Shown here one piece after another: positions 11,034 to 19,467 of a stretch of DNA of 64,000 nucleotides. How positions within the stretch are numbered: position 1 is the stretch's first letter; every line of letters starts with the position of its first letter. The notes beneath the pieces are model-generated. The model did no database searches and had not been told where the DNA came from. It saw nothing but the letters and a program-made list of their open reading frames with translations. The stretch is taken from positions 1,568,001 to 1,632,000 of the forward strand of contig CAVTCS010000003.1 of assembly GCA_963733295.1 (NCBI GenBank), written 5' to 3'. This DNA is from Vulcanimicrobiota bacterium. GTDB lineage: Bacteria; Vulcanimicrobiota; Vulcanimicrobiia; Vulcanimicrobiales; Vulcanimicrobiaceae. A program made the position numbers and the translations under genes.

Positions 11034-13553
11034 CTAACGCTGCCACAGAATCTCGTGGGCTTCGAGCGGGATCGAAGCCTCATCGTTGTTCGGAATCACA
11101 CGCGGCGTAAAGGCGTCCGGAGGCTTGTCCTCAGGCAGGCGCGCGACATAGACGAAGGCCGCATGGTCGATCGGAACCGAGCGCTCCATGAGGATGCGCT
11201 CGGGACGATCTCCCTCGCCGCCGGCCGAGTACAACTCGACGCGGACCGCGCTGGGCTCGATCGCGCCGAGCGACACGACGATGCGATATTCGAATCCGTC
11301 GCCCGATCGCTCGACATGCGGCACGCCGAATGCGATATCGCCCCAGTGCTTTTCGAGCGTGGAATGCCAACGATCCAGCTCCCAGCCGGCGCGGCAGCGG
11401 TCCGCGAGCCGCCGGCGGAAGTTGCGGGCAGCCGGGAGGTAGTACGTGTCGACGTAGTCGCGCACCATGCGCGATGCCGAAAACTGCGGCGAAAGCGTCG
11501 CCATACTGCAACGCATCTTCTCGATCCAGGCTTCGGGCCTATTTCTCGCGTCGCGCTTGTAGAAGAGCGGGATGACTTCGCGTTCGAGCAGGTCGTAGAG
11601 CGCGCGAGCTTCGTGCGCGTCCAAGTCGGGGTCGGGACCGCCGTGCTCGAGACCCTCGCCGAGCGCCCATCCGACGTCAGGCCGGTACGCTTCCGCCCAC
11701 CAGCCGTCGAGGACCGAGAGATTCAAACCGCCGTTGACGAGGACTTTCATCCCGCTCGTTCCGCTGGCTTCCCAGGGCCTGCGCGGCGTGTTGAGCCAGA
11801 CGTCGACGCCTTGCACGAACTCGGCTGCGACGTTGAGATCGTAATCGCTCACGAACACGACGCGGTGATTGATGTCGGGCCGCTCCGAGAAAGCGAACCA
11901 CTCGCGGATCATCGCCTTCCCCTGCTCGTCGCGCGGGTGCGCTTTTCCCGCGACGACGATTTGAATCGGACGCTCGGCGTCGAGGATCATGCGCACGAGC
12001 CGCTCTTCGTCCGCAAGCAACAGCGTGGGGCGCTTGTACTCCGTAAAGCGCCGCGCGAACCCGAGCGTCAAGATTTCGTCATCGAGCACGCGCCCCGCTT
12101 GCTCGATGCGCTCGGCCGGCGCGCCGGCCGCCAAAGCTTGGCGGGTCAGACGCGTCCGAACGCGCTCGATCAGGTGCGCTCGATTTTCGCCGCGCATCTC
12201 CCACACGGCGGCGTGCTCGATTCCGGGCAACGGCGCGACCAAGTTCATCAGTAAGCCGCGCGACGGATCGTCCTTCCCCGCTTCGGTCCAGAGCGGACCC
12301 GCGGCCGTTGAATCCCAACTCGGCAAGTGCGCGCCGTTCGTAACGCAACCGACCGGGATCTCGGACTGCGGCCAGCGCGGGAAGAGCGCCGAGAAGAGCG
12401 GGCGGCTCACCCTCGAGTGCAAACGGCTGACGCCGTTGACGTATCCGCTGCCGCGAATGGCGAGATAGGCCATGTTGAAGGGATCGTCCGGCGACGCGTC
12501 CGGCTCGCGACCCAGCGACAGCAACTCATCGACGCCGACCCGCAGTTCGGATAAGTGCCGCCCGAGATAACGCGTAACGAGAGCGGGATCGTACCGGTCG
12601 AACGCGGCGGTGACCGGCGTGTGCGTCGTGAAGATCGTTCCGGCACGAGCCACCGGTAGCGCGACCGAAAACGGTACGCCGTTGTCGTCAACGATCCCGC
12701 GCGCGCGTTCGAGAACCGCAAGCGCGGCGTGTCCCTCGTTGAGGTGGAGCACGTCCGGATCGAGGCGCAACGCGCGGATCAGGCGCCAACCGCCGACGCC
12801 GAGGATGTACTCCTGCTCCCAGCGGACCTCGGGGTCGCCGTTGTAGAGCTGCGAGGTGATGCCGCGATCGAGTGCGCTGTTCGCCGGATCGTTGCTGTCC
12901 AGCAGGTAGAGCGCAACCCTTCCGATTCGCGCGATCCAGGCGCGCAGGTAGACGGTGCGTCCGGGAAACTCCAGCGGAATGCGCAACAGCCCTCCTGCGA
13001 GGTCCCGCGCGCGTTCGATCGGCATCTCGCTCGGATCGTTGGCGGGATACAACTCGTGCTGCGTTCCGCCGGCGTCGAGCGCTTGCCGGAAATAACCCTC
13101 TTGGTACAGCAAACCGACACCGACGACCGGTACGCCGAGATCGCTCGAGGCCTTGAGCAGATCGCCCGCCAGAACGCCGAGGCCGCCCGAATAGATCGGA
13201 AGAGCTTCGCTCAAGCCGAACTCCATGCTGAAGTAGGCAGCCAACCGCAAGGGCGTTTGCGCGCGCTCGTTTTGAAACCACATCGGATCGCTAAGGCGGC
13301 GCTCGCGGTCGTGAATTGAGTCCTGGACGAGCGCGACGAAATCGCCGTCGTTCGCGAGGCGCTCGAATTCAAGGTCGCTACAGGATGTGATGACCGCCCA
13401 AGGATTGCGTGAGGCGGCCCACAGATCCGGATCGATCCGCCTCCAGATCCGTTCGGCCCGGTGAGCGGATGACCAGCGCAGGTCGAGAGCGAGTTCGTCG
13501 AGGCCCGCGAGCGCCCGGGGAAGGCGCGACTCGTGGGGACGGCGGTTCGGCAT
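11034..13553 (-). CDS. glgP: Alpha-glucan (glycogen/starch) phosphorylase
   Basis: YFSMEFG, YSGGLG.LAGD, HLNEGH, ARRFTEYKR and EASGTSGMK (PLP lysine) motifs. Confidence 0.95.
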   Translation of the reverse strand: MPNRRPHESRLPRALAGLDELALDLRWSSAHRAERIWRRIDPDLWAASRNPWAVITSCSDLEFERLANDGDFVALVQDSIHDRERRLSDPMWFQNERAQTPLRLAAYFSMEFGLSEALPIYSGGLGVLAGDLLKASSDLGVPVVGVGLLYQEGYFRQALDAGGTQHELYPANDPSEMPIERARDLAGGLLRIPLEFPGRTVYLRAWIARIGRVALYLLDSNDPANSALDRGITSQLYNGDPEVRWEQEYILGVGGWRLIRALRLDPDVLHLNEGHAALAVLERARGIVDDNGVPFSVALPVARAGTIFTTHTPVTAAFDRYDPALVTRYLGRHLSELRVGVDELLSLGREPDASPDDPFNMAYLAIRGSGYVNGVSRLHSRVSRPLFSALFPRWPQSEIPVGCVTNGAHLPSWDSTAAGPLWTEAGKDDPSRGLLMNLVAPLPGIEHAAVWEMRGENRAHLIERVRTRLTRQALAAGAPAERIEQAGRVLDDEILTLGFARRFTEYKRPTLLLADEERLVRMILDAERPIQIVVAGKAHPRDEQGKAMIREWFAFSERPDINHRVVFVSDYDLNVAAEFVQGVDVWLNTPRRPWEASGTSGMKVLVNGGLNLSVLDGWWAEAYRPDVGWALGEGLEHGGPDPDLDAHEARALYDLLEREVIPLFYKRDARNRPEAWIEKMRCSMATLSPQFSASRMVRDYVDTYYLPAARNFRRRLADRCRAGWELDRWHSTLEKHWGDIAFGVPHVERSGDGFEYRIVVSLGAIEPSAVRVELYSAGGEGDRPERILMERSVPIDHAAFVYVARLPEDKPPDAFTPRVIPNNDEASIPLEAHEILWQR

Positions 13554-13612
13554 GGTACTCCTATAGGACAGGCCGGCGCTACACCGGCGGCCGGCGGGAC
13601 TCTAAGCTTGCC

Positions 13613-13789
13613 CTAAGGTGTATCGCAGGGCGGATGCCCGCAATTGCACATCGAGCCGCCTTCTTCCGTTTCCTCGGCCGCGGCACAGGAGTCGCTGCAG
13701 TAGGCTTCGGCCGGATCGGAATCCATCAAGTCGGCGGTCACCATGCACTCGCACATGTCGTGCCCGCACTCCATCTTTTCCGAGTTCAT
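13613..13789 (-). CDS. Bacterial metallothionein-like protein (58 aa)
   Basis: Manual translation MNSEKMECGHDMCECMVTADLMDSDPAEAYCSDSCAAAEETEEGGSMCNCGHPPCDTP has 8 Cys and 2 His, with SmtA-like YCS..CA and CGH..C motifs; GGGGAG upstream. Confidence 0.8.
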   Translation of the reverse strand: MNSEKMECGHDMCECMVTADLMDSDPAEAYCSDSCAAAEETEEGGSMCNCGHPPCDTP

Positions 13790-13831
13790 CGTTCTCAGAC
13801 TCCCCTAAAGCAGCGGGCGTATGATGGCGCC

Positions 13832-14416
13832 ATGAAACGACTCGTCGCAATCCTTTCCCTCGGTTTATTGCTCTCCCCGTCCCTCGCCTTCGCTCAGGAA
13901 TCTCCGGCGCAGCCGGCGCCTGCGCGAACCACCCCGAACGCGCAGATGCGCGCCCTCATGGAGCAGGCCCGCACGCAGATGGTGCAGATCCACGCGCAGG
14001 CTCGTAACCAGATGCTCGGCTCGCTGAGCCCCGCACACCGCACCGCAGTCGCCAACGTCATCGGACAATTGGCGATCGCTCAAAACCCGAATCCCGCCTT
14101 AGCAGCGCGCCAGATCGATGCCGTCCTCACTCAAGCGGAAGGCCAGTCGATCTTGCGGACCCACGCAGCTGCGAAGGCGCAAATGCTCACGCTCCGCACG
14201 CAGATGCGCGCTCAATTCGAGAGCTCGCTGACGGCCGACCAGCGCGCTCAGATGGAGGCTCACCGCGCGCAATTCGCACAACAGCACCCCGGCGGCATGA
14301 ACGCACGTCCCTCGAGCACCGATCCCGGAACGATCTTGCTCCGCTCCCTGTCGCCGGCCGGCGCAGGCCAATGGATGCACGGCGGACGGGGTGGTCCCGG
14401 ACCCTCACCAGCATAA
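13832..14416 (+). CDS. Secreted helical protein, Spy/CpxP-like
   Basis: Signal peptide (AFA cleavage); Gln/Met/Ala-rich helices with LSPAHR, LTQAE and LTADQR (LTxxQ-like) motifs. Confidence 0.65.
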   Translation: MKRLVAILSLGLLLSPSLAFAQESPAQPAPARTTPNAQMRALMEQARTQMVQIHAQARNQMLGSLSPAHRTAVANVIGQLAIAQNPNPALAARQIDAVLTQAEGQSILRTHAAAKAQMLTLRTQMRAQFESSLTADQRAQMEAHRAQFAQQHPGGMNARPSSTDPGTILLRSLSPAGAGQWMHGGRGGPGPSPA

Positions 14417-14474
14417 AGCTCGGCCATACGGCCCAGGCTTGAGAACGCCGTCTCCGGCGGGTACGCTGGAGGCG

Positions 14475-15611
14475 ATGTTCTTTCATTTCACCGTTCGGGC
14501 GGCCGTGACGACGGTCGCCTGTGCCGGTGTCCTTTCGTGTGTTTCCGCGCAGCCGGCCGGACCGGATGCACCACCCGGTTTTCGAGTGGAAACAATCGCG
14601 CACGTGCGCCTCGCGCGCGAACTGCTAGCGGCGCCGGACGGCGACCTGATCGTCGGCACCGGCGGCAGCAGGGTCTTCGTGATCCGCGACGCCGAGGGTA
14701 CGCCATCGCCGGCCGAACTTCTGGTCGACGTCGGCGATGCGCAGGCGGCGGGCGTTGCGCTCGGGCCGGGCGCGCTGTACGTCGGCAGTCAGTTCGCCGT
14801 CTGGCGCGTCCCTTACGAGCCCGGCGCGCTCGGGGCGCAGCGACCCGTCAAAATCGAGAGCGTCCGGCCCGGCGGTTCGGGTGCCCATACCACCACCTCG
14901 GTCGCGGTCGCGGCGGGGCATCTCTTCTACAGCGTCGGTTCATCCTGCAATGCGTGCACCGAAAGCGATCCGACGCGCGCGAGCATCTTCGAAGCCGAAC
15001 TCGACGGACGCGACCCGCACGTCGTCGCCAAGCACATCCGCAATGCGATCGCGCTCGCGGTCCAGCCCGGAACGGAGGCGGTCTGGGCGGGTGTCGCAGG
15101 GCAAGACGAACTCGAGCACGGCCATCCCTACGAGATCTTCGATCCGTTCACGGCCTACGCCGGCACGCCCGACTACGGCTGGCCGATCTGTTACGAAAAC
15201 CGGCGCCCCGTTCACGCCGGCGACGACTGCTCGCAGGTCGTGGTATCGCGCGTGGTCTTTCCTGCCTACGACACGCCGATCGGTGCGGTCTTCTACCCGC
15301 TGCACGAAAGCGGACGATATGCGTTTCCGCCCGAGTACGCCGGCGGAGCCTTTGTCGCGCTGCACGGCTCGTGGCATCCGCCGCCCGTCCCGCCCCGCGT
15401 CGCCTTCGTCCCGTTCCGCGACGGCGAACCCGAGAGGGCAGTCGATTGGAACGATCCGAACGTTCAGTGGCGGGAGTTCTTGAGCGGCTTTCAGGGCAGC
15501 TTCGGGCGGCGCATCGGACGCCCGACCGGCATCGCGGTCGGTTCGCAGGGCAGTTTATTCGTCGCTGACGACCAAGCGGGGGTCGTTTATCGGGTTCGCC
15601 CATCCCGCTGA
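14475..15611 (+). CDS. PQQ-dependent sugar/sorbosone dehydrogenase family beta-propeller
   Basis: GSSCNAC.E, IRNA, YGWP.CY, HGSW and GRPTG...DD motifs typical of the sorbosone dehydrogenase group. Confidence 0.85.
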   Translation: MFFHFTVRAAVTTVACAGVLSCVSAQPAGPDAPPGFRVETIAHVRLARELLAAPDGDLIVGTGGSRVFVIRDAEGTPSPAELLVDVGDAQAAGVALGPGALYVGSQFAVWRVPYEPGALGAQRPVKIESVRPGGSGAHTTTSVAVAAGHLFYSVGSSCNACTESDPTRASIFEAELDGRDPHVVAKHIRNAIALAVQPGTEAVWAGVAGQDELEHGHPYEIFDPFTAYAGTPDYGWPICYENRRPVHAGDDCSQVVVSRVVFPAYDTPIGAVFYPLHESGRYAFPPEYAGGAFVALHGSWHPPPVPPRVAFVPFRDGEPERAVDWNDPNVQWREFLSGFQGSFGRRIGRPTGIAVGSQGSLFVADDQAGVVYRVRPSR

Positions 15612-15624
15612 CGAAGAGTGGGTC

Positions 15625-16458
15625 GTGAGTGATAAACTGACCTACGGCTCGTACTTGAAAATCGACGAGCTTCTTTCAATCCAGCATCCGCTGAGCGATC
15701 CACCTCACCACGATGAGATGCTCTTTATCGTCATCCATCAAGTGTACGAGCTGTGGTTCAAGTTGCTGTTGCACGAGATCGAAGCGGCGATGCGTTTCCT
15801 CGCCTCCGACGACCTGCTCAAAGTTCAGAAAAACTTCCGGCGCATCCATGCGATCCAGCAAGTGCTGGAGCATCAAATCGACGTTCTGGAAACGATGACG
15901 CCGCAAGAGTTCAACGCGTTTCGCGACGGACTCGATCCCGCCAGCGGGTTCCAATCGGCGCAGTTTCGTGAAATCGAGTTTCTTTGCGGCGCGCAAAGGA
16001 CCGGGTATCTGCGTTTTCTCGAACCGACCGGCCGCGAGCGCGAGGAATTGGAACGCCGGCTCGCTTCGCCAACGTTGCACGACGCACTCCTCGAGTTGTT
16101 GGCCAAGCGCGGCTACCGCGTCGAGCCGCACGACGCGCTGATCGAAAGCCTCAAGACGATCTACGACGACGCCGAGAAGCGCTACGACCTCTACCTCTTG
16201 CTCGAAGACTTCATCGAGTTCGACGAGCGCTTCTTACTCTGGCGTGGACGCCACGTCCGGATGGTCGAACGCATGATCGGCCTCAAACCCGGCACCGGCG
16301 GTTCGCTCGGCGTCGCCTATTTGGAGAAGACGCTGTCCAAGAAGTTCTTTCCCGAGCTTTGGGAGGTGCGCACGCACCTCGGCACCGCGCGCCCTTACGG
16401 CGTTCTCTCCGAAGCCGCGAGCACTCCGGCCGAGCGAGGAGATTCGTCGACGGCGTAA
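15625..16458 (+). CDS. kynA: Tryptophan 2,3-dioxygenase
   Basis: HDEMLFI.IHQ.YELWFK, ASGFQS.QFREIEF, GTGGS.G..YL and FFPELW motifs. Confidence 0.95.
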   Translation: MSDKLTYGSYLKIDELLSIQHPLSDPPHHDEMLFIVIHQVYELWFKLLLHEIEAAMRFLASDDLLKVQKNFRRIHAIQQVLEHQIDVLETMTPQEFNAFRDGLDPASGFQSAQFREIEFLCGAQRTGYLRFLEPTGREREELERRLASPTLHDALLELLAKRGYRVEPHDALIESLKTIYDDAEKRYDLYLLLEDFIEFDERFLLWRGRHVRMVERMIGLKPGTGGSLGVAYLEKTLSKKFFPELWEVRTHLGTARPYGVLSEAASTPAERGDSSTA

Positions 16459-16931
16459 CCGCGCTCGCGGCAGGCGCGCCGCGCCGCTTCGCGACGGGGC
16501 GCCCACTCGTTCGAGTACGTCCGGACGTTCGCCGTCGCCAAGAACAACGGTTCGTCGCACTCGATCAAAAGTTTTTGCGCGAGGAGTTTATCGTAGACCG
16601 GCGTCGCGCCGAGAACCTGTAAGCAAAAGAGCGCATCCGGCGCCCGAATGTTGTAAGAATCGTACGGAACGATCGTATAACGCATGCCGCTTGCGCTTTC
16701 GACCGTAAAACGCCGCCGGGCGAGCCACGTGCGCCGCTGCCGCGACGTCAGTTTCGAGAGGAACAGCTCGCGGGCCCGAGCCTCGGCCTCCGCCCCGAAG
16801 GTGCGGCGTCCACAAAGACCCTGTCCCAGTCGTGGAAGGGCGACGTTAACGACGTACCACCCGCCGGCCAAGATCGCCGCGCTCGCAGCGAGACAGCCGA
16901 GAAAAGCCAGCAGGTCGACGAAAACCGGCAA
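16395..16931 (-). CDS. Hypothetical protein with an N-terminal transmembrane helix and a Cys-containing C-terminal domain
   Basis: TTG directly abuts the upstream TAG; hydrophobic residues about 3-31; ordered-looking domain containing FCLQ and DKLLAQKLLIECDE..FL..AN. Confidence 0.7.
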   Translation of the reverse strand: MPVFVDLLAFLGCLAASAAILAGGWYVVNVALPRLGQGLCGRRTFGAEAEARARELFLSKLTSRQRRTWLARRRFTVESASGMRYTIVPYDSYNIRAPDALFCLQVLGATPVYDKLLAQKLLIECDEPLFLATANVRTYSNEWAPRREAARRACRERGYAVDESPRSAGVLAASERTP

Positions 16932-17174
16932 CTAGCCGCCTGCGAACCGGTGCGAAACGACTACTTCGCTCGCTTGCGGATCGAAGGTGGTGAGGATGCG
17001 ACCCGGCTGCGTCGAGACGTCGAAAGCGACGAAGTTGCGCTCCATCAAGTCTCTGAAGCGCGCTGCCACTTCGGCGACCGCCGCAGGGTCGCTCGGATCG
17101 AAGCAAAGGCGCGTGTCGCCGGTGCTGTCGAGAATGCGTATCACGTGCATCGGACGGGAACCGCTTGTCTCCAC
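16932..17174 (-). CDS. Small protein with predicted beta-grasp topology and C-terminal Gly-Gly (ubiquitin-like candidate)
   Basis: AGGAG site before GTG; beta-beta-alpha-beta-beta-beta pattern by eye; ends RFAGG-stop. Confidence 0.75.
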   Translation of the reverse strand: METSGSRPMHVIRILDSTGDTRLCFDPSDPAAVAEVAARFRDLMERNFVAFDVSTQPGRILTTFDPQASEVVVSHRFAGG

Positions 17175-17244
17175 GAAACGCTCCTATCTCAAAGAAGGAT
17201 GCTCGTGCTTTTCCCGTTTTCCCGGACTTTTCCGCGACCCGCTC

Positions 17245-19191
17245 TCACAATCGACCTAGACTTCGTCCGAGCGAAAACGTCAGCTCGCCTGGACCGCCGT
17301 ACAAGAACGCTGACGAGGGCGGCGGAACGCTTCCAAACAGATTCCGCACGCCGAGCTGGGCGTTGAATAGCTTCCCGACCGGCATTCCCACGCCGACGTC
17401 GGTGAGCGTGGTGGCGCTTGGCCCCAGGCCGTTGTTAGCTCCGTAGTAGGACGTGCCGAGGTGGAGCGTCAGGCCGTCCTTGCGCTGGTAGGCGACTTCC
17501 ACGCGGCCGCTCGTGTACGGCAGGCCCGCAAACTGCGCGCTGCCGGATGCTACATCGGCGGTCGAGGCGTATCGCCAATACGGCTGGGCGCTGCCGTACG
17601 CGTACGAACGCAGGACGCTGGCATACGCCCCGACGCTAAAACCGGTCGTGCCGGCTGCGTGAGAAAGGCCGAAGTTCAGGCCGGTGCTGCGCGCGTTGCT
17701 CAAGCTTGCGTAGCGGTTGGTCTGATCGATGCGAAACGCGTCGACCGAAAGGACGTCGAGCGACGTGAGCCGCGCACCCGCAGAGAGGTGATACGCAAAG
17801 GCCGTCTCGGGAGCGCTCGACGCCGCTGGGCGGGCGGGATTCCAGCCCGCAAAAGGCTGCGTCGCATACGCACTTCCGGCTGAAGCCTGCAGCGTAAGCC
17901 CAGCGGTCGCGCGGTACGCGAGGCCGAACTGCGGATCGCTCCGTCCAGGTAGCGAGCTGCCGCTCGACAAAACGTCGGCGACGCTGAAGCGTAACGACTT
18001 GGTCAGTGGCGCTTCGCCGCGCAGCAGCAGACTCGAGGTCGTTTGCGTTTGCGAAAGCGTTCCCAGCGCGGCCGTCTCCGTGCTGCGGTCGTACGCAACC
18101 GAAATCAATTCGCCGGCGACCGGCAGGTCGTAAGCGAACTGATCGCCGCGAATTCGGTCGTCGCCGAGCGAACTGCCGTAGGTGCGCAGGCGAACGGTTC
18201 CGCCCTCGACCGAAGTGCTCACGCCGAGGGCATAGGCCGGAGCATTGATCGCCGGCAGACCCGCGCTTGCATCCGCGCTCGTTTGCGAGCCGTATACCCC
18301 CAGATCGACGGTCGTCGCAGGCGAAACGTCGTAGGCCGCCTTGAGCGTCTGAGCGCGATTGTCGCCACTCCCGGTGATCGCCTCGAACGAATAGCCGAGC
18401 GGTCCCGCGCTGTGACCGTAGCGCAGCATCTGGAAGCTTCCGAAGTTCGAATCGTAACCGGCGCCAAGCGTGAGGTCTTGCGTGGCCCCGATCGGCGCGG
18501 TCTGATAGTTGACCGTTCCGCCGATCGCACTGCGCAATGAAATTCCGTCGGCCCCCAAGGCGCCCGGCGCGACGGCAATCGAATCGAGCGCGAGCGCGTT
18601 TCGCGCGCGCAAAGCGGCTTGGCTGCCGCCGCCGGCGAGCGGAATCCCGTCGAGCGCGAAACGGGCATCTTGCGGATCGGTGCCGTCGAGCGAAACTCCA
18701 CCGGCGAGCGGTGAGACGCTCGGCACGAGCGTGACCCCGCTAACCGATGCGAGCTGATGCGCGACGTTGGGGTCGTCGTTTGCAATCGATTGCATCTCGA
18801 TCGTTGAACCGGCCGGAGCCCGCAGCGTCGAGAAACTGAGACGGACCAAACGCAACGCCAGGACCTTCCAACCCGTCGCAGTCACCGCGGAGCTGACGTC
18901 CACGGTACGTTCGAGCGGATCGTAACCGGCGCGCTCGACTCGCAGCGAATACGTTCCCAAAGGCAGCGCCTGTAGCGCGACGTATCCCGAAGGACCGGTG
19001 TCCGCTTCGCGTATCGCAGGTCCGCTGGCGACGACGTGCGCGCCGGCGAGCGGCTTGCCCGCAGCGTCTCGCACGATCGCCGCGATCGCGCCCGGTCCGA
19101 TGCCCGCGATTTCCGCCCGAGCCGGCACAACGCCGGCACCAAGCGACGCGGCCGTCAACAGTAGCGCAAATGCGAGGATGCGAAAACTCAA
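17245..19191 (-). CDS. TonB-dependent receptor-like outer membrane protein with N-terminal carboxypeptidase-regulatory-like domain
   Basis: Signal peptide; VRDAAGKPLAGA and LPLGTYSL; plug-like LDGIP...GGTVNY; C-terminal VRNLF; GGAGG upstream. Confidence 0.75.
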   Translation of the reverse strand: MSFRILAFALLLTAASLGAGVVPARAEIAGIGPGAIAAIVRDAAGKPLAGAHVVASGPAIREADTGPSGYVALQALPLGTYSLRVERAGYDPLERTVDVSSAVTATGWKVLALRLVRLSFSTLRAPAGSTIEMQSIANDDPNVAHQLASVSGVTLVPSVSPLAGGVSLDGTDPQDARFALDGIPLAGGGSQAALRARNALALDSIAVAPGALGADGISLRSAIGGTVNYQTAPIGATQDLTLGAGYDSNFGSFQMLRYGHSAGPLGYSFEAITGSGDNRAQTLKAAYDVSPATTVDLGVYGSQTSADASAGLPAINAPAYALGVSTSVEGGTVRLRTYGSSLGDDRIRGDQFAYDLPVAGELISVAYDRSTETAALGTLSQTQTTSSLLLRGEAPLTKSLRFSVADVLSSGSSLPGRSDPQFGLAYRATAGLTLQASAGSAYATQPFAGWNPARPAASSAPETAFAYHLSAGARLTSLDVLSVDAFRIDQTNRYASLSNARSTGLNFGLSHAAGTTGFSVGAYASVLRSYAYGSAQPYWRYASTADVASGSAQFAGLPYTSGRVEVAYQRKDGLTLHLGTSYYGANNGLGPSATTLTDVGVGMPVGKLFNAQLGVRNLFGSVPPPSSAFLYGGPGELTFSLGRSLGRL

Positions 19192-19247
19192 CCTCCTCCG
19201 TTACGGCGCCGGTACGAGACGGTCATTTTCTGTGAGGGCACCGCGCC

Positions 19248-19457
19248 CTATTGGTTTGTGTCGCCCCTGCTTATCGAGATGAGGTTGAACTCTCCGGTAA
19301 GGGCCCAGCCGATCGCGATCCCCGCGCCGAGCGCCAAGACGATCGTCAGGGGTAAGACTTTGCGCCAACCGTATTCCTTCGCGAACGATTGCGCCATGAC
19401 GCCGCCCATGACTGCCGCGAGCACGATGCCGGTCGCGTAACAGAGTTCCGAACTCAC
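19248..19457 (-). CDS. Small two-helix membrane protein
   Basis: 69 aa with two hydrophobic segments; starts 10 nt after the upstream receptor's stop. Confidence 0.6.
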   Translation of the reverse strand: MSSELCYATGIVLAAVMGGVMAQSFAKEYGWRKVLPLTIVLALGAGIAIGWALTGEFNLISISRGDTNQ

Positions 19458-19467
19458 GTGCGTGCCG

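Noticed and set aside
16932..17174. Ordinary ThiS/MoaD sulfur carrier or Pup
   Set aside because: No thiamine, molybdopterin or proteasome genes are nearby, ThiS/MoaD motifs other than GG are missing, and Pup is disordered and ends GGE/GGQ. Not formally excluded without an HMM search.
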